Shown: positions 1 to 9,376 of the stretch, in pieces
How positions within the stretch are numbered: the stretch's first letter is position 1
Layout of the letters: the number at the start of each line of letters is the position of its first letter
DNA from: Lama guanicoe
Lineage: Eukaryota
Direction: 5' to 3'
Length of the DNA stretch: 20,000 nucleotides
Assembly: GCA_013239625.1 (NCBI GenBank)
Contig: MU054220.1
Location: 1,143,265 to 1,163,264, forward strand
Translations under genes and position numbers: made by a program
Notes under the pieces: model-generated
Databases searched by the model: none
The model's input: the letters and a program-made list of their open reading frames with translations, nothing else
What the model was told of the DNA's origin: nothing

Positions 1-488
1 AAGACTATACTCTCATTACTGTGCCCTTTCCTTACCTCCCCATCAGGCTCCTCTATGTATCCAGCTGATTCTCCGGCCATGTGCCAGTATTTCACACACA
101 GGATGGTTAGGCAAAGAGCAGAAGTTATAAGTGGGCATGTTTCACCTCAAAGCAAAGATGGCTGTATTAGAAATAGAAATATTTTTCACAAAAAATTAAT
201 TTCACAAATAATCTCTGTGAAATTTAGCTTTGAAAGTAAGTGCTTCTTGATTCTGTAATTGCTTCTGATTTGGGGTGTCAGTGAGAGAGGGTGTCTCAGA
301 AGATTTGTAAGGACCACTTTAGCTTTCATATTTTAAAAAAATTAGTTGTATTTTTCTTTCCAAGTTGTTGAATGCTAACAGAGAAAGATATATATTTGGT
401 ATAATCAAATTTCACTAAAAAGTTAAATTTTTAAAGTCTTTAGAATGGAGGAAAGAAAAGGAAATTAACATCTATCAAAACTCTGAGT

Positions 489-657
489 GGGGGGAGAGTA
501 TAGCTCAGTGGTAGAGCGCATGCTTAGCATGCATGAGGTCCTGGGTTCAATCCCCAGTACCCCTTCTAAACATAAATAAATAAGTAAACCTAATTACCTC
601 CCACCCCAAAATGAAAAATTAATTAATTAAAATTTAAAAATAAATAAACTTAAAAAA
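489..657 (+). mobile_element. tRNA-Ala-derived SINE (camelid Vic-1-like) with 12-bp TSD
   Basis: tRNA-like head GGGGAGAGTATAGCTCAGTGGTAGAGCGCATGCTTAGCATGCATGAGGTCCTGGGTTCAATCCCCAGTACC with A box (501-511) and B box (544-553), followed by an AT-rich/poly(A) tail. Flanked by the perfect direct repeat AAAACTCTGAGT at 477-488 and 658-669. Confidence 0.9.
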
Positions 658-1021
658 AAAACTCTGAGTAGAAATGGAAAATATTTGAGAAAGGATTTCA
701 TAAAAAGGTCATCAGACCTGTAAGCTATTGACAGTGGCACTGGCATTTTACCTGTGGGGTAACTTTAATTCTGACTTTTTAATTGGCAGGACCAAGGAAG
801 AGATTCTGAAAAATAAGTATGTGCTCTTATGAGGCAGTAAGTAACTGCACATTTCTAAGGTCTGTGGCAAGAAAACCCAAACAAGGATGAACATAGAAGC
901 TAAAGACAGGTTGGCCCCAGTAAACAACTTCTGTGAAAATTCAATCTGATGCTTACCTGTGGTTTCTCATTATACCTGTCTTATCATAGAACTCCACGTC
1001 CTGGGAGTTCTGAAAAATAAG

Positions 1022-1125
1022 ACTGGTCTGAACTGTGCCTCAGAGTTATCTGAGGGGCTGTATCCCAGGCTTAAGTCCTCAGTAAGTCCACCGAATAAAA
1101 CATATTTCTCAAAAAAAAAAAAAAA
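1022..1125 (+). mobile_element. ERV1-type LTR fragment (R region) ending in poly(A)
   Basis: GCCTCAGAGTTATCTGAGGGGCTGTATCCCAGGCTTAAGTCCTCAGTAAGTCCACCGAATAAAACATA resembles recalled artiodactyl ERV1 LTRs. AATAAA at 1094-1099, A15 at 1111-1125. Confidence 0.6.
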
Positions 1126-1206
1126 GGAGGAGGAGGAGAGGGAGAGAGGAGGAGGAGAAGAAGAAGAAGAAGGAGGAGGAGGAGGACGAGGAGGAGGACA
1201 AGGAGA
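1126..1206 (+). repeat. Compound purine microsatellite (GGA)n/(GAA)n
   Basis: GGA and GAA triplet runs directly visible after the A15 tract. Confidence 0.95.
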
Positions 1207-1329
1207 TCTGACTGCCCTGCTCTTTTCCAGCACTCCTTTTCTCCTACGTTTTCTCCAAAGATATTCTACCACCAGAGGGGTCAGATACAGGGCTTCTCCT
1301 TGCTAGTTTCCCTTACTGAGTAAATAAAC

Positions 1330-1420
1330 TGTTAGATTTGGAAGGAAGTTCATGAACTCCTCCTCTTTTAGAAGAGAATCTGGGCCCAGAATCACACAGC
1401 TGGTTGGTGCAGAGCCTGGG
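1330..1420 (-). mobile_element. Degenerate MIR/MIR3 SINE fragment
   Basis: GCCCAGAATCACACAGCTGGTTGGTGCAGAGCCTGG matches the reverse complement of the MIR core. Confidence 0.5.
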
Positions 1421-1829
1421 AAGCTCCATGAATTCCCATCCAATACTTGCTCCATTGCTCATCTCATCCATGGACTGCTCCCCCTGTACTTACCCAAAGT
1501 CCACTTCCAGAATGGAGGGAGAACATGGAGAGAGAAGAAAAATCACGTTTATAACAGAAGGCAAACCAAAACTGAAGAGTAAGATCCAAAAAAATAACAG
1601 TAACTGTGAACAGTAGTGTGGTCTGACTTCAGTGTTCCATCTTCCTCAGGTGTAACTTCTGCCCAGACAGCCTGTGCAGACCTTAGAGGTCCTGGAGAGG
1701 AGAGGACGCTGCAGGTGTCAGCCAAAGTGGGTGGCCAGGGAAAGAGCCTTTGCAAGATATGCCTTGGTGACTAGAGATCACAGCTCCAGCGCTTGTCACC
1801 AAGGGTTAATTATTTTCTAGCTATTTCAC

Positions 1830-1955
1830 ATACATCTGTCTGGTCTCTCCAACAAAAGAGAATAGAACCTTTTGAAGGCTTTTACAGTGTCTCATACCCA
1901 CTGCTGCACCTTATAGGGTGGGGGGCTCAGCAGAGTTAATAAGTGTTTGCGGTTT
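1830..1955 (+). mobile_element. Degenerate L2 3' end
   Basis: TGTCTGGTCTCTCCAACAAAA...GGCTCAGCAGAGTTAATAAGTGTTTGC resembles the L2 3' terminus. Confidence 0.4.
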
Positions 1956-3369
1956 GATTCCCGAATCTCCCATCTGCTACTACATCTATTTCAAAACCAA
2001 GGTATCATTGTGGCGTCCTATAAACACCACAGAAGATAAAGTATATCCTCTCTACTGGGGGTATCTAGTATAAAAAAAAAATAAGCGCTTCCTTTTGAAA
2101 AATATTCCAAATTATAACCCCCATAGAGACAGCAAATGAGGCTACCTTGAATGTTGTTTGTTGCTTTGCTTCTTACTTTATCCTCTGAATCTTTTGGAGT
2201 CAGAAAACTGATTCATTTCCACAAGTCACCCCAGGAAAACAGAGATTTTTGTTTCACGAACACAAAGAAATGTAATTGGTTAGTGCTCACTGATCTAAAA
2301 CTTGGAAATTTGGAGCAAAGATTGGCCCTCAACAAAATTTGAGTTTCTGTGCCGTGTAGTCTCCACTCAGGCTAATGCCTTCATTTTTTCACGGTAGGAG
2401 TTTCTAGACATGAAAACGTTTAAGCCAGGTCTCTTGAATTTTTCAAAAGAATATTCCTGAAATATGCATGACTCGACAATTAATTGAAAACTGCCTTTTC
2501 AAATATCTCCGCACTGACCGTGTTCCAAGTGGCTCTGGGAGAGTGACTGTGACAACTGCTCTAAGCCAAGCCAGAGTCACTTTCTCACCCTGTCACTGAA
2601 GTTGGCAGGAGAGATTTAGTAGGGTGATATCTAAAGTCTGCCCCACCAGCTGAAAGAGTGAGCAAATCTAGAAAAGACTGCCCAGATATGGAAGTGCATG
2701 GAAGCCGGAGTAACAAAAATGAAAGGTGCCAATGTGTGTGAAAGACTCTGCCTGAGTCTTTGTGGAAGACTTCACATGGCTCATGGTAAAGGCTCAGTGA
2801 ATAAACTGAATCTGTTCCACGCAGAAAGGCATTACTTAACACTTACCTTCCTCTTTGGACTCACCGGGTGCCATCAGTGCCACCACCTACATGTGCCAAC
2901 TCCAGCACTTAATAACTTCCTCATGAAGAAAATTACAAGGGACTAGATCTACCCTAAAAACCATCAAAATGAGGATTTAGAAAAATATTTGCTGGACTCT
3001 GAACCTGTAAGTATTTAAGGTGAATGCAATGGAAAATTGAGACGGGAGAATTGAATTCCCTGACCTTTTCTAACATCCCCTGTCTGGGGAATTTCTGAGA
3101 ACAGCAGAAGTCAACTTCCCAGTCGCTTCCTTCAGAGGTTAAAGAAACTATCTCTAATTAATCCAGTTATAATGTCGAGACTCCTACTTGCCTGTTATGA
3201 TTAGCAATTTCTTGTCCTGGCCCCTAGAGTATTCCCTCTGCATCCTCAAGCAAGTGATGGAAGACAATTCAATATCGCATCATCCATCATCCCTCTGTCC
3301 CCACCACAGACATGTTGGGCAGACTTTTCTTTCTAGCACCTCACATATAGTCAAAGTAACTCTCTACTG

Positions 3370-3460
3370 CAGAAACTAGTATTCCCATTTGACAGGTTAG
3401 GTAACTGGGGCTCAAAAAGATTATGAGAATTGTTCAAACCTATACAAATAATAAATTGTT
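3370..3460 (-). mobile_element. MIR fragment
   Basis: TATTCCCATTTGACAGGTTAGGTAACTGGGGCTCAAAAAGATTA matches the MIR core in reverse. Confidence 0.55.
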
Positions 3461-4080
3461 CTATTGTGTCAAATGATTAGGTGTAACATCTCCTGTCTAT
3501 ACAGAATATGTCACCAGGAGCTGGTGCCCCATTAGGAAGCAAAGAGATCAGTAGGAGATGGAGATACAACATACCCCCAGTCTGATTTTGCTCTGTGTAC
3601 CCACGCTACTTCTTCAGAGTTTTGTGTCTTTGGACAAATGAATTATGAAACAATGGTATGAGTGTGGCATCTTCCCATAATGCATCTGAACTACTGCAAG
3701 AATTCAAACTCTATTTTGAAAGCCCCAGTAATTTTTGCAAAGGAAACATGTTAAATTCTTCTGTATGTACATCAATACCTTCCTCCATAACTTATTTGTT
3801 TCAAACTAAATGGCATTGGCTATTGCCATAGGCTCAGCCTTTCTCAACTTCTGACTAAAATATCTCTGGAAAAGAAAAAAAAATGTTGCAAAACCACAAA
3901 ATCATTAACATCTGGTTTACATCCAGAACCTGGAAAGAACTTCTAAGAGTAACAGAGGCTGATGGAATGGAATGAAGAGATACAAACAATGGCCCATGCA
4001 TGCATTTCTCTTGACCTAAAAATGTAGGAAGAGAGCACTTCGTTTCTGCCTCATCTTGCTCCTTCCTGTCACAGACCAAT

Positions 4081-4120
4081 GCACATGTGTGCACATCGCA
4101 CACATACACATGCACACACA
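4081..4120. repeat. Degenerate (CA)n-rich tract
   Basis: GCACATGTGTGCACATCGCACACATACACATGCACACACA, mostly alternating purine-pyrimidine. Confidence 0.7.
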
Positions 4121-4169
4121 AAATTTGCTTAGAAAGGTGGTAGAAATAATTAGTACTGGGTTTGTTTTA

Positions 4170-4288
4170 ATTTTTCTAGCTTTATTGAAGCATTCATGAC
4201 AAATAAAATTTGTACATATTTAAAGTATAAAATCTGATGATCTGATACACATGTACATTGTGAAATGATTACCACAATCAAGCTAACC
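4170..4288 (-). mobile_element. L1 (L1MA-like) extreme 3' end, antisense
   Basis: AGCTTTATTGAAG...ACAAATAAAATTTGTACATATTTAAAGTA...TGTGAAATGATTACCACAATCAAGCTAAC is the typical reverse-complemented L1MA 3' terminus. Confidence 0.75.
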
Positions 4289-4900
4289 AAACAGAAAATC
4301 TGGAGCTGAGGACTACAATGAGTGAAAAGAAGAATTCAATAGAGAGCATCATTATAAGGACTGATCAAGCAGAAGAAAGAATCTGTGAAACAGAAGACAG
4401 AATCTTTGAAATTACTCTGTCAGAAAGAGAAGTTTAAAAAGAAAAAGAGTGAGGAATATAACAATTACATCTCAATAAAATTAGAAGGAAAAATAAAATA
4501 AAATATTATGTGATTGTAAAAGTCAAAAAAAAAAAGAGTGGAGAAATCCTATGTGAATAACAGGATATTATTAAAAGAAATGATCTGTAAATTAACGTAG
4601 TCCAGGAAGGAGATGAGACAGAGAAGTACAAAAGGTCATTTAAAGAAACAGTAGTTGAGAATTTCCCAAGTCTAGGGAAATATTTGGACATCCAAGTTAA
4701 TGAAGCTAATAGGTCACCCCCAAATTTCAATACAAAACAATCTTCTCCAAGTCCATTGTAATACAACTATTTAAATCAAAGACAGAAAAAATTTTGAAAT
4801 CAGCAAGAGAAAAAATATTTCTCTCATACAAGGGATTTTCATGAGGCTATCAGTAGATTTCTCAGCAAAAAAACTTCCAGGCCAAGAGAGAGTAGGATAA
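4289..4900 (+). mobile_element. Old L1 ORF1-region fragment (degenerate)
   Basis: AAACAGAAAATCTGGAGCTGA...GATCAAGCAGAAGAAAGAATCTGTGAA...GAGAATTTCCCAAGTCTAGGGAAA...GGCTATCAGTAGATTTCTCAGCA...CAGGCCAAGAGAGAGTAGGAT correspond to L1 ORF1 motifs (DQAEERI, ENFP, RLS.DFS, QARREW) with stops and frameshifts. Confidence 0.8.
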
Positions 4901-5498
4901 CTCAAGAAGATACATGCCCCTCAATGTTCATAGCAGCAGTACTTACAATAGCCAAGACATGGAAACAACCTAAATGTCCAAGGACAGATGATTGGATAAA
5001 GAAGTTGTGGTATATTTATACAATGGAATACTACTCGGCCATGAAAAATAATAAAATAATGCCATTTGCAGCAACATGGATGGACCTGGAGAATGTCATT
5101 CTAAACCAGAAAGAGAAAGACAAATACCATATGATATCACTTATATGTGGGAACTAAAAAAAAAAAGGGCAAACAAACTTACTTACAAAACAGAAACAGA
5201 CTCACAGACATAAAAAACAAACTTATGGTTTCCAGGGCACAAAGTGGGTGGGAAGGGATAAATTGGGAGTTCAAGATTTGCAGACACTAACTATTATATA
5301 TAAGATAGATAAACAACAAGATTATACTGTATAGCACAGGGAACTATATTCAATATCTTATAGTAACTTATGGTGAAAAAGAACATGAAAACGAATATAT
5401 GTATGTTCCTATATGACTGAAGCATTCTGCTGTACACCAGAAATTGATACAACATTGTAAACTGACTATACTTCAATAAAAATATATTTTTAAAAAGA
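4901..5498 (+). mobile_element. Young 5'-truncated L1 (ORF2 C-terminus + 3'UTR) with 14-bp TSD
   Basis: ORF 4924-5157 translates as the L1 ORF2p C-terminus ([49 protein letters not shown]). AATAAA at 5475-5480. TSD AGAGAGTAGGATAA at 4887-4900 and 5499-5512. Confidence 0.93.
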
Positions 5499-5514
5499 AG
5501 AGAGTAGGATAATA

Positions 5515-5560
5515 CAGGAATACCCCATTTTATTGTGTTTTACTTTACTGTACACCACAT
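5515..5560 (+). mobile_element. Tigger1 (TcMar) DNA transposon terminus
   Basis: TA followed by CAGGAATACCCCATTTTATTGTGTTTTACTTTACTGTAC resembles the recalled Tigger1 end CAGGCATACCTCGTTTTATTGCGCTTCGCTTTATTGCGC. Confidence 0.6.
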
Positions 5561-5750
5561 ACACACAGTGGATACCAGTCATGAGAAAAAGGAAATTGTA
5601 CCTTTTGCAACTTCACAAATTGTCCTTGAGGGCATTATGCTGAGTGAAGTAAATCAGAAAAAGAAAGACAATACCTGTATGGCCTCATTGTACACCTTAA
5701 ATTTACACAGTGCTGGATGTCAACAACGTCTCAAATGGCTGGAAAATTTT
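5561..5750 (+). mobile_element. Older L1 ORF2 end/3'UTR fragments
   Basis: KKEIVPFAT..IVLEGIMLSEVNQ.KKD translation, then an L1 3' terminal motif GTACACCTTAAATTTACACAGTG...GCTGGAAAA. Confidence 0.75.
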
Positions 5751-5779
5751 TAAAAGGACACAATTTTTTTAATTTTTTG

Positions 5780-6060
5780 AAACTTTAAAACACTGCTGAA
5801 GAACACAAAGGAAGATGTCAGCAAATGGAAGAACAAAATATGGTTTTGGACAGGAAGACTTATATTAAGATATTCTTTCTAGATAAGTTTGTAAATGTAA
5901 TATGACATTAATCAAAACAGTAAGTTCTTTTGGGGGGATATAGAGCAGGAAGAGAAGCCAAACTAAATCCAAAGTTCATACTGAGAAACAATATTCTCTA
6001 GCCTTCTAGATGTTAAAATATGTATAAAGCTTCCATAAAAAGCCACAGTGTGGTCCTGGC
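5780..6060 (+). mobile_element. Ancient L1M ORF2 fragment
   Basis: AAAACACTGCTGAAGAACACAAAGGAAGATGTCAGCAAATGGAAG...GGACAGGAAGACTTATATTAAGAT is a degenerate KTLLKEIKED.NKWK..W.GR.NI.KM region. Confidence 0.6.
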
Positions 6061-6069
6061 TATTCTAGG

Positions 6070-6076
6070 CATCATT

Positions 6077-6122
<46 letters not shown>
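6070..6122 (+). repeat. (CAT)n trinucleotide microsatellite, about 17 units with one interruption
   Basis: Directly visible. Confidence 0.97.
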
Positions 6123-6199
6123 ACTACCAAGTCAAGAACAAATGACAAACCAGGGGCAGGAAGAGGATCTATGGATCTATAAGTCATATCATAAATGAC

Positions 6200-7010
6200 C
6201 AATCTTTACACTTCAATAGTTCCTGGAACATAATAAAAAGAACCACAATCTAAATACAGATAGGGAAATTATAAGAAGAGCTTACAGAAAATAGAAATGG
6301 CTCTTAAACATATGAAAAGATGTTCAACCTCATTTGAAATCAGAGAAATGTAAATGAAAATTATTTGACCTTCCACTTTTGCAACTATTAGATTAGCAAA
6401 ATCCCAAAGTCAACAAAACATTTTACAAGAAAGACAAAATTGTTGGTGAGAGTACAAGTAAGTATGACTGGTATGGAGGGCAGTTTGGTAATATCTATCA
6501 AATCACAAATATCCACACTTGATCAAGCAGTTTTATTTCTTGAAATATATCCTAATTTAGCTGCACACATTTACATCAAGGTTATTCACTGCAACACTTT
6601 GAAACAATCCAAATATTTCTCATCAGAAGATTGCTTAGGTAAATGATGGCACATCCACTCAATGAATATGACAAAACTACAGGAAAAGAATGAGGAGGTT
6701 TTCCTTGTACTAACACAGAAAAATCTCCAAGACATATTGTTTAGTAAATAAAGCAAGTTTCAGATCTGTTTACATAGTATATTGTTGTCAATGTAAAAGG
6801 CAGATTAAACAAGAACATACATATAAACTAGTATTTGCTTAAAGAAACTCCAAAGAAAAACAGAAAACTAAGAGAAGTGTCAATCTAGTGGGGACATGGG
6901 AATGGGGAAAGGAATAGAATAAAACTTTTCACTTGCATACCATTTTTTTTTTGGTGATGTTGTTAAACCTTATGAATATATTGTCTATGCACAAAATTAG
7001 ATTTAAAATT
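6200..7010 (+). mobile_element. Ancient L1 (L1ME/L1MC-like) 3' region
   Basis: AAATGGCTCTTAAACATATGAAAAGATGTTCAACCTCA...GGAGGGCAGTTTGGTAATATCTATCAAA...GGAAAAGAATGAGG...AAATCTCCAAGACATATTGTTTAGT. Confidence 0.75.
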
Positions 7011-7269
7011 TAAGTAACTTTAAAAGAAAATATAAATTACACTATTCTTAATTTGGTAAGATAATCTAAACAGACACAATGGAAGAAACAAAAAGAAAAA
7101 AATGCTAAGAATTACCATGTAGAAATGTAAAGCTTTAAACATTAAAAGATTTGCAAACAAGACTCAAAGCGAAGTAAACACTAAAACTGCCCTCCTCACT
7201 CACAAAAAAATGCAAATTAAACAAGATGTCTATCTAATTTGCAAAATGTTATAACTTTATACTTTAAAA

Positions 7270-7900
7270 TCGTTTCTGACATTAAAAAGGTTGCAATAAT
7301 AATAATACAAACGCTTCTTGTATATCCTTAATCCAAGCTCCCTAAATATTAATATTTTGCCACATTTTCTTTATCATTCGTTATCTCAGTTGAAAATAAG
7401 CCAAGTTTTTCTGAAATGTTTGAAAGTTGATGATAATGCACATTTGCCTTAGGTATCTTAGTAATTCTTCAATCTAAGGACACTTGAAGATACAAACACA
7501 CTACAATTATCAACATCAGGAAATTAATTGTGAAATCATCTACAGTGCTTTACTGACTAATGGCCTTCATCCGGTATGGATCCAATCAGGGGTCACAGGT
7601 TGTATCTGGTTATCATCTATCTGTAATCCAGAAACATTCTTCAGTTCTTCTGTCTGGCACTTTAGAACACAGGCCAGTAATTTTGCAGAATTTCTTCAAT
7701 TAGGGTTTGCCTAATATTTTGTCATGATGAGACTCAGGTTATCATATTTTGGTAGGAATAACACAGTAATGAGACTGTGGGCCTCACCAGTCTCTGTCCT
7801 GATGGTGTCAACTTGCAGTAATTGTTTAAGGGAGTGTCCTCCACATTCTTCCACTGTAGAGTTACATTTTTAACTTTTGCAGTCAATAAGAATGTTGTGA
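7270..7900 (-). mobile_element. Ancient L1MC-like 3'UTR, antisense
   Basis: AAAAGGTTGCAATAATAATA...TATTAATATTTTGCCACATTT...GGATCCAATCAGGG...GACTCAGGTTATCATATTTTGGTAGGAATA resemble L1MC4/5 in reverse. Confidence 0.65.
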
Positions 7901-7929
7901 TTGTACGACATCTTATTTCTCACCAAGAA

Positions 7930-8260
7930 AACGTTAAATGATAGTGTTCATTCTGTCAGGACTACTTTCACAAGGAAGATTAAGTATAACAACCTTTCTA
8001 AGAATCAATTTAACATTTTGCATCAGAAGTTGCTATACCTTTTAAAACAAAAAAAGTTACTAGAGCAAGTGAGCTTTTAAAAAAATCAAAGTAGATTTAA
8101 AGATTTATATCCATGAATACTTAACCACAGTGTTATTTAATTAGTAAAAAATTAGAAATGATCTAAAACATCTAACAAAAAATAACTAGTTAAATAATAG
8201 TACATCTATAAGAGAAATATTTTACAAGCGATTAGAATTAAGTTGTTGAAGAAAGAAATC
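7930..8260 (+). mobile_element. Highly degenerate L1ME fragment
   Basis: AAGTATAACAACCTTTCT...CCACAGTGTTATTTAATTAGTAAAAAATTAGAAATGATCTAAA...GTTAAATAATAGTACATCTATA. Confidence 0.5.
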
Positions 8261-8375
8261 AGTTAGAATAACTCTAGAACTAACAAGTCCCGGGACCTGT
8301 CCCCCATCCCTTCTGCCCCTTCAGTTGGGATGCAGCATCATTCTAAACCCATGAAACAACACCAAGACTCAGCCG

Positions 8376-9305
8376 CTATTTCTCACATAGTTTCATTGTC
8401 CTGATCCACAGCCTCCTCATGGCCTTCTTCACTTCAGCATTTCTAAAGGAGTAGATGACAGGGTTGAGGAGTGGGGTGATCACTGTATAAAACACAGCCA
8501 CCATCTTGTCCACAGGCAGAGTGGTAGAGGTCCTCAGATAGATGAAGATGCAGGGCCCAAAGAACAAAGTGACCACAGTGATATGGGACCCACAGGTGGA
8601 GAGGGCCTTGCACCGCCCCTCAGAGCTTTGTTTCTTCACATGGAGCAAAATGACCATGTAGGAGGCTACCAGGACCACAAAGCTGATCACAGACAGGGTC
8701 CCCCCATTAGCAACAATCAGGAGACCAATGAGGAAGGTGTCAGAACAGGCAAGTTTGAGCAGAGGAAGCACATCACAGAAATAGTGGTCAATCACATTGG
8801 GGCCACAGAAAGGCAAGTGGAAGATGAGAAGGATTTGAGCCAAGGAATGCACAACGCCCCCCGCCCATGCTACTCCCGCCAGGATGGCACACACCTGCCG
8901 GTTCATGATGGTGGTGTAGTGCAGGGGCTTGCAGATGGCCGCGTAGCGGTCGTAGGCCATCACGGTGAGCAGGAAAATCTCAGTGCCAGCAAAGAAGTGC
9001 ATAAAGGAAAGCTGTGTCATGCAGCCCCAGAAAGATATGGCTTTCCTTTCAGCCAGCAAATCTGAGATGAGCTTGGGGGCTGTGGTAGAGCAGTAGCAGA
9101 TCTCCACAAAGGACAGGTGGCTGAGGAAGAAGTACATGGGGGAGCCGAGGCTTCTGCTGGTCATGATAGTGAGCACAATGAGCAAATTGCCCAGCACAAC
9201 TGCTGTGTACAAGAGCAGAAATATCACAAAGCAAACTTTCTGCACGTCCCGATTGGGAGAAAGTCCCAGGAAAATAAATTCTGTCACATTGCGTGTGTCA
9301 GCCAT
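8376..9305 (-). CDS. OR4X2: Olfactory receptor family 4 subfamily X (OR4X2-like), 309 aa, intact
   Basis: From M56 of the listed ORF (MADTRNVTEFIFLGLS): N-glycosylation sequon NVT, GNLLI, PMYFFL, MAYDRYAAICKPLHY, FCGPNVIDHYFCD, KALSTCGSH, PLLNPVIYSFRN. The C-terminus RLWIRT and ANGGTLSVISF match recalled human OR4X2. Confidence 0.93.
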   Translation of the reverse strand: MADTRNVTEFIFLGLSPNRDVQKVCFVIFLLLYTAVVLGNLLIVLTIMTSRSLGSPMYFFLSHLSFVEICYCSTTAPKLISDLLAERKAISFWGCMTQLSFMHFFAGTEIFLLTVMAYDRYAAICKPLHYTTIMNRQVCAILAGVAWAGGVVHSLAQILLIFHLPFCGPNVIDHYFCDVLPLLKLACSDTFLIGLLIVANGGTLSVISFVVLVASYMVILLHVKKQSSEGRCKALSTCGSHITVVTLFFGPCIFIYLRTSTTLPVDKMVAVFYTVITPLLNPVIYSFRNAEVKKAMRRLWIRTMKLCEK

Positions 9306-9344
9306 GAAGTCACCACTAGAAGGCAATAATTTGGGTAGGGTGAC

Positions 9345-9376
9345 CTGAAATGATATAAAAGACCCCTTTGTTAAGC
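9345..9376 (-). promoter_or_regulatory. Splice acceptor of the OR4X2-like coding exon
   Basis: Minus strand CTTAAC (candidate branch point)...TCTTTTATATCATTTCAG|GTC; the exon would start at 9344, 39 nt before the ATG. Confidence 0.65.

Noticed and set aside
489..562. tRNA-Ala(AGC) gene
   Set aside because: The acceptor stem is imperfect, there is no T-run terminator, and it has an A-rich tail and a TSD, so it is a SINE.
804..1021. 14-bp direct repeat TTCTGAAAAATAAG (804-817, 1008-1021) as a TSD
   Set aside because: No poly(A) tail or recognisable element lies between the copies; an AT-rich chance match or old local duplication cannot be excluded.
959..1306. ORFs on both strands with poly-K/E/G or poly-P/S/F tracts
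   Set aside because: They arise from the A15 run and GGA/GAA microsatellite lacking stop codons; no protein-like content.
4924..5157. 77-aa ORF as a host gene
   Set aside because: It is the C-terminus of L1 ORF2p in a 5'-truncated copy.
8583..9348. Plus-strand and alternative-frame ORFs overlapping the OR4X2-like CDS (likewise 13742-14318 for OR4B1)
   Set aside because: Shadow ORFs caused by the codon bias of the real gene; no independent evidence.
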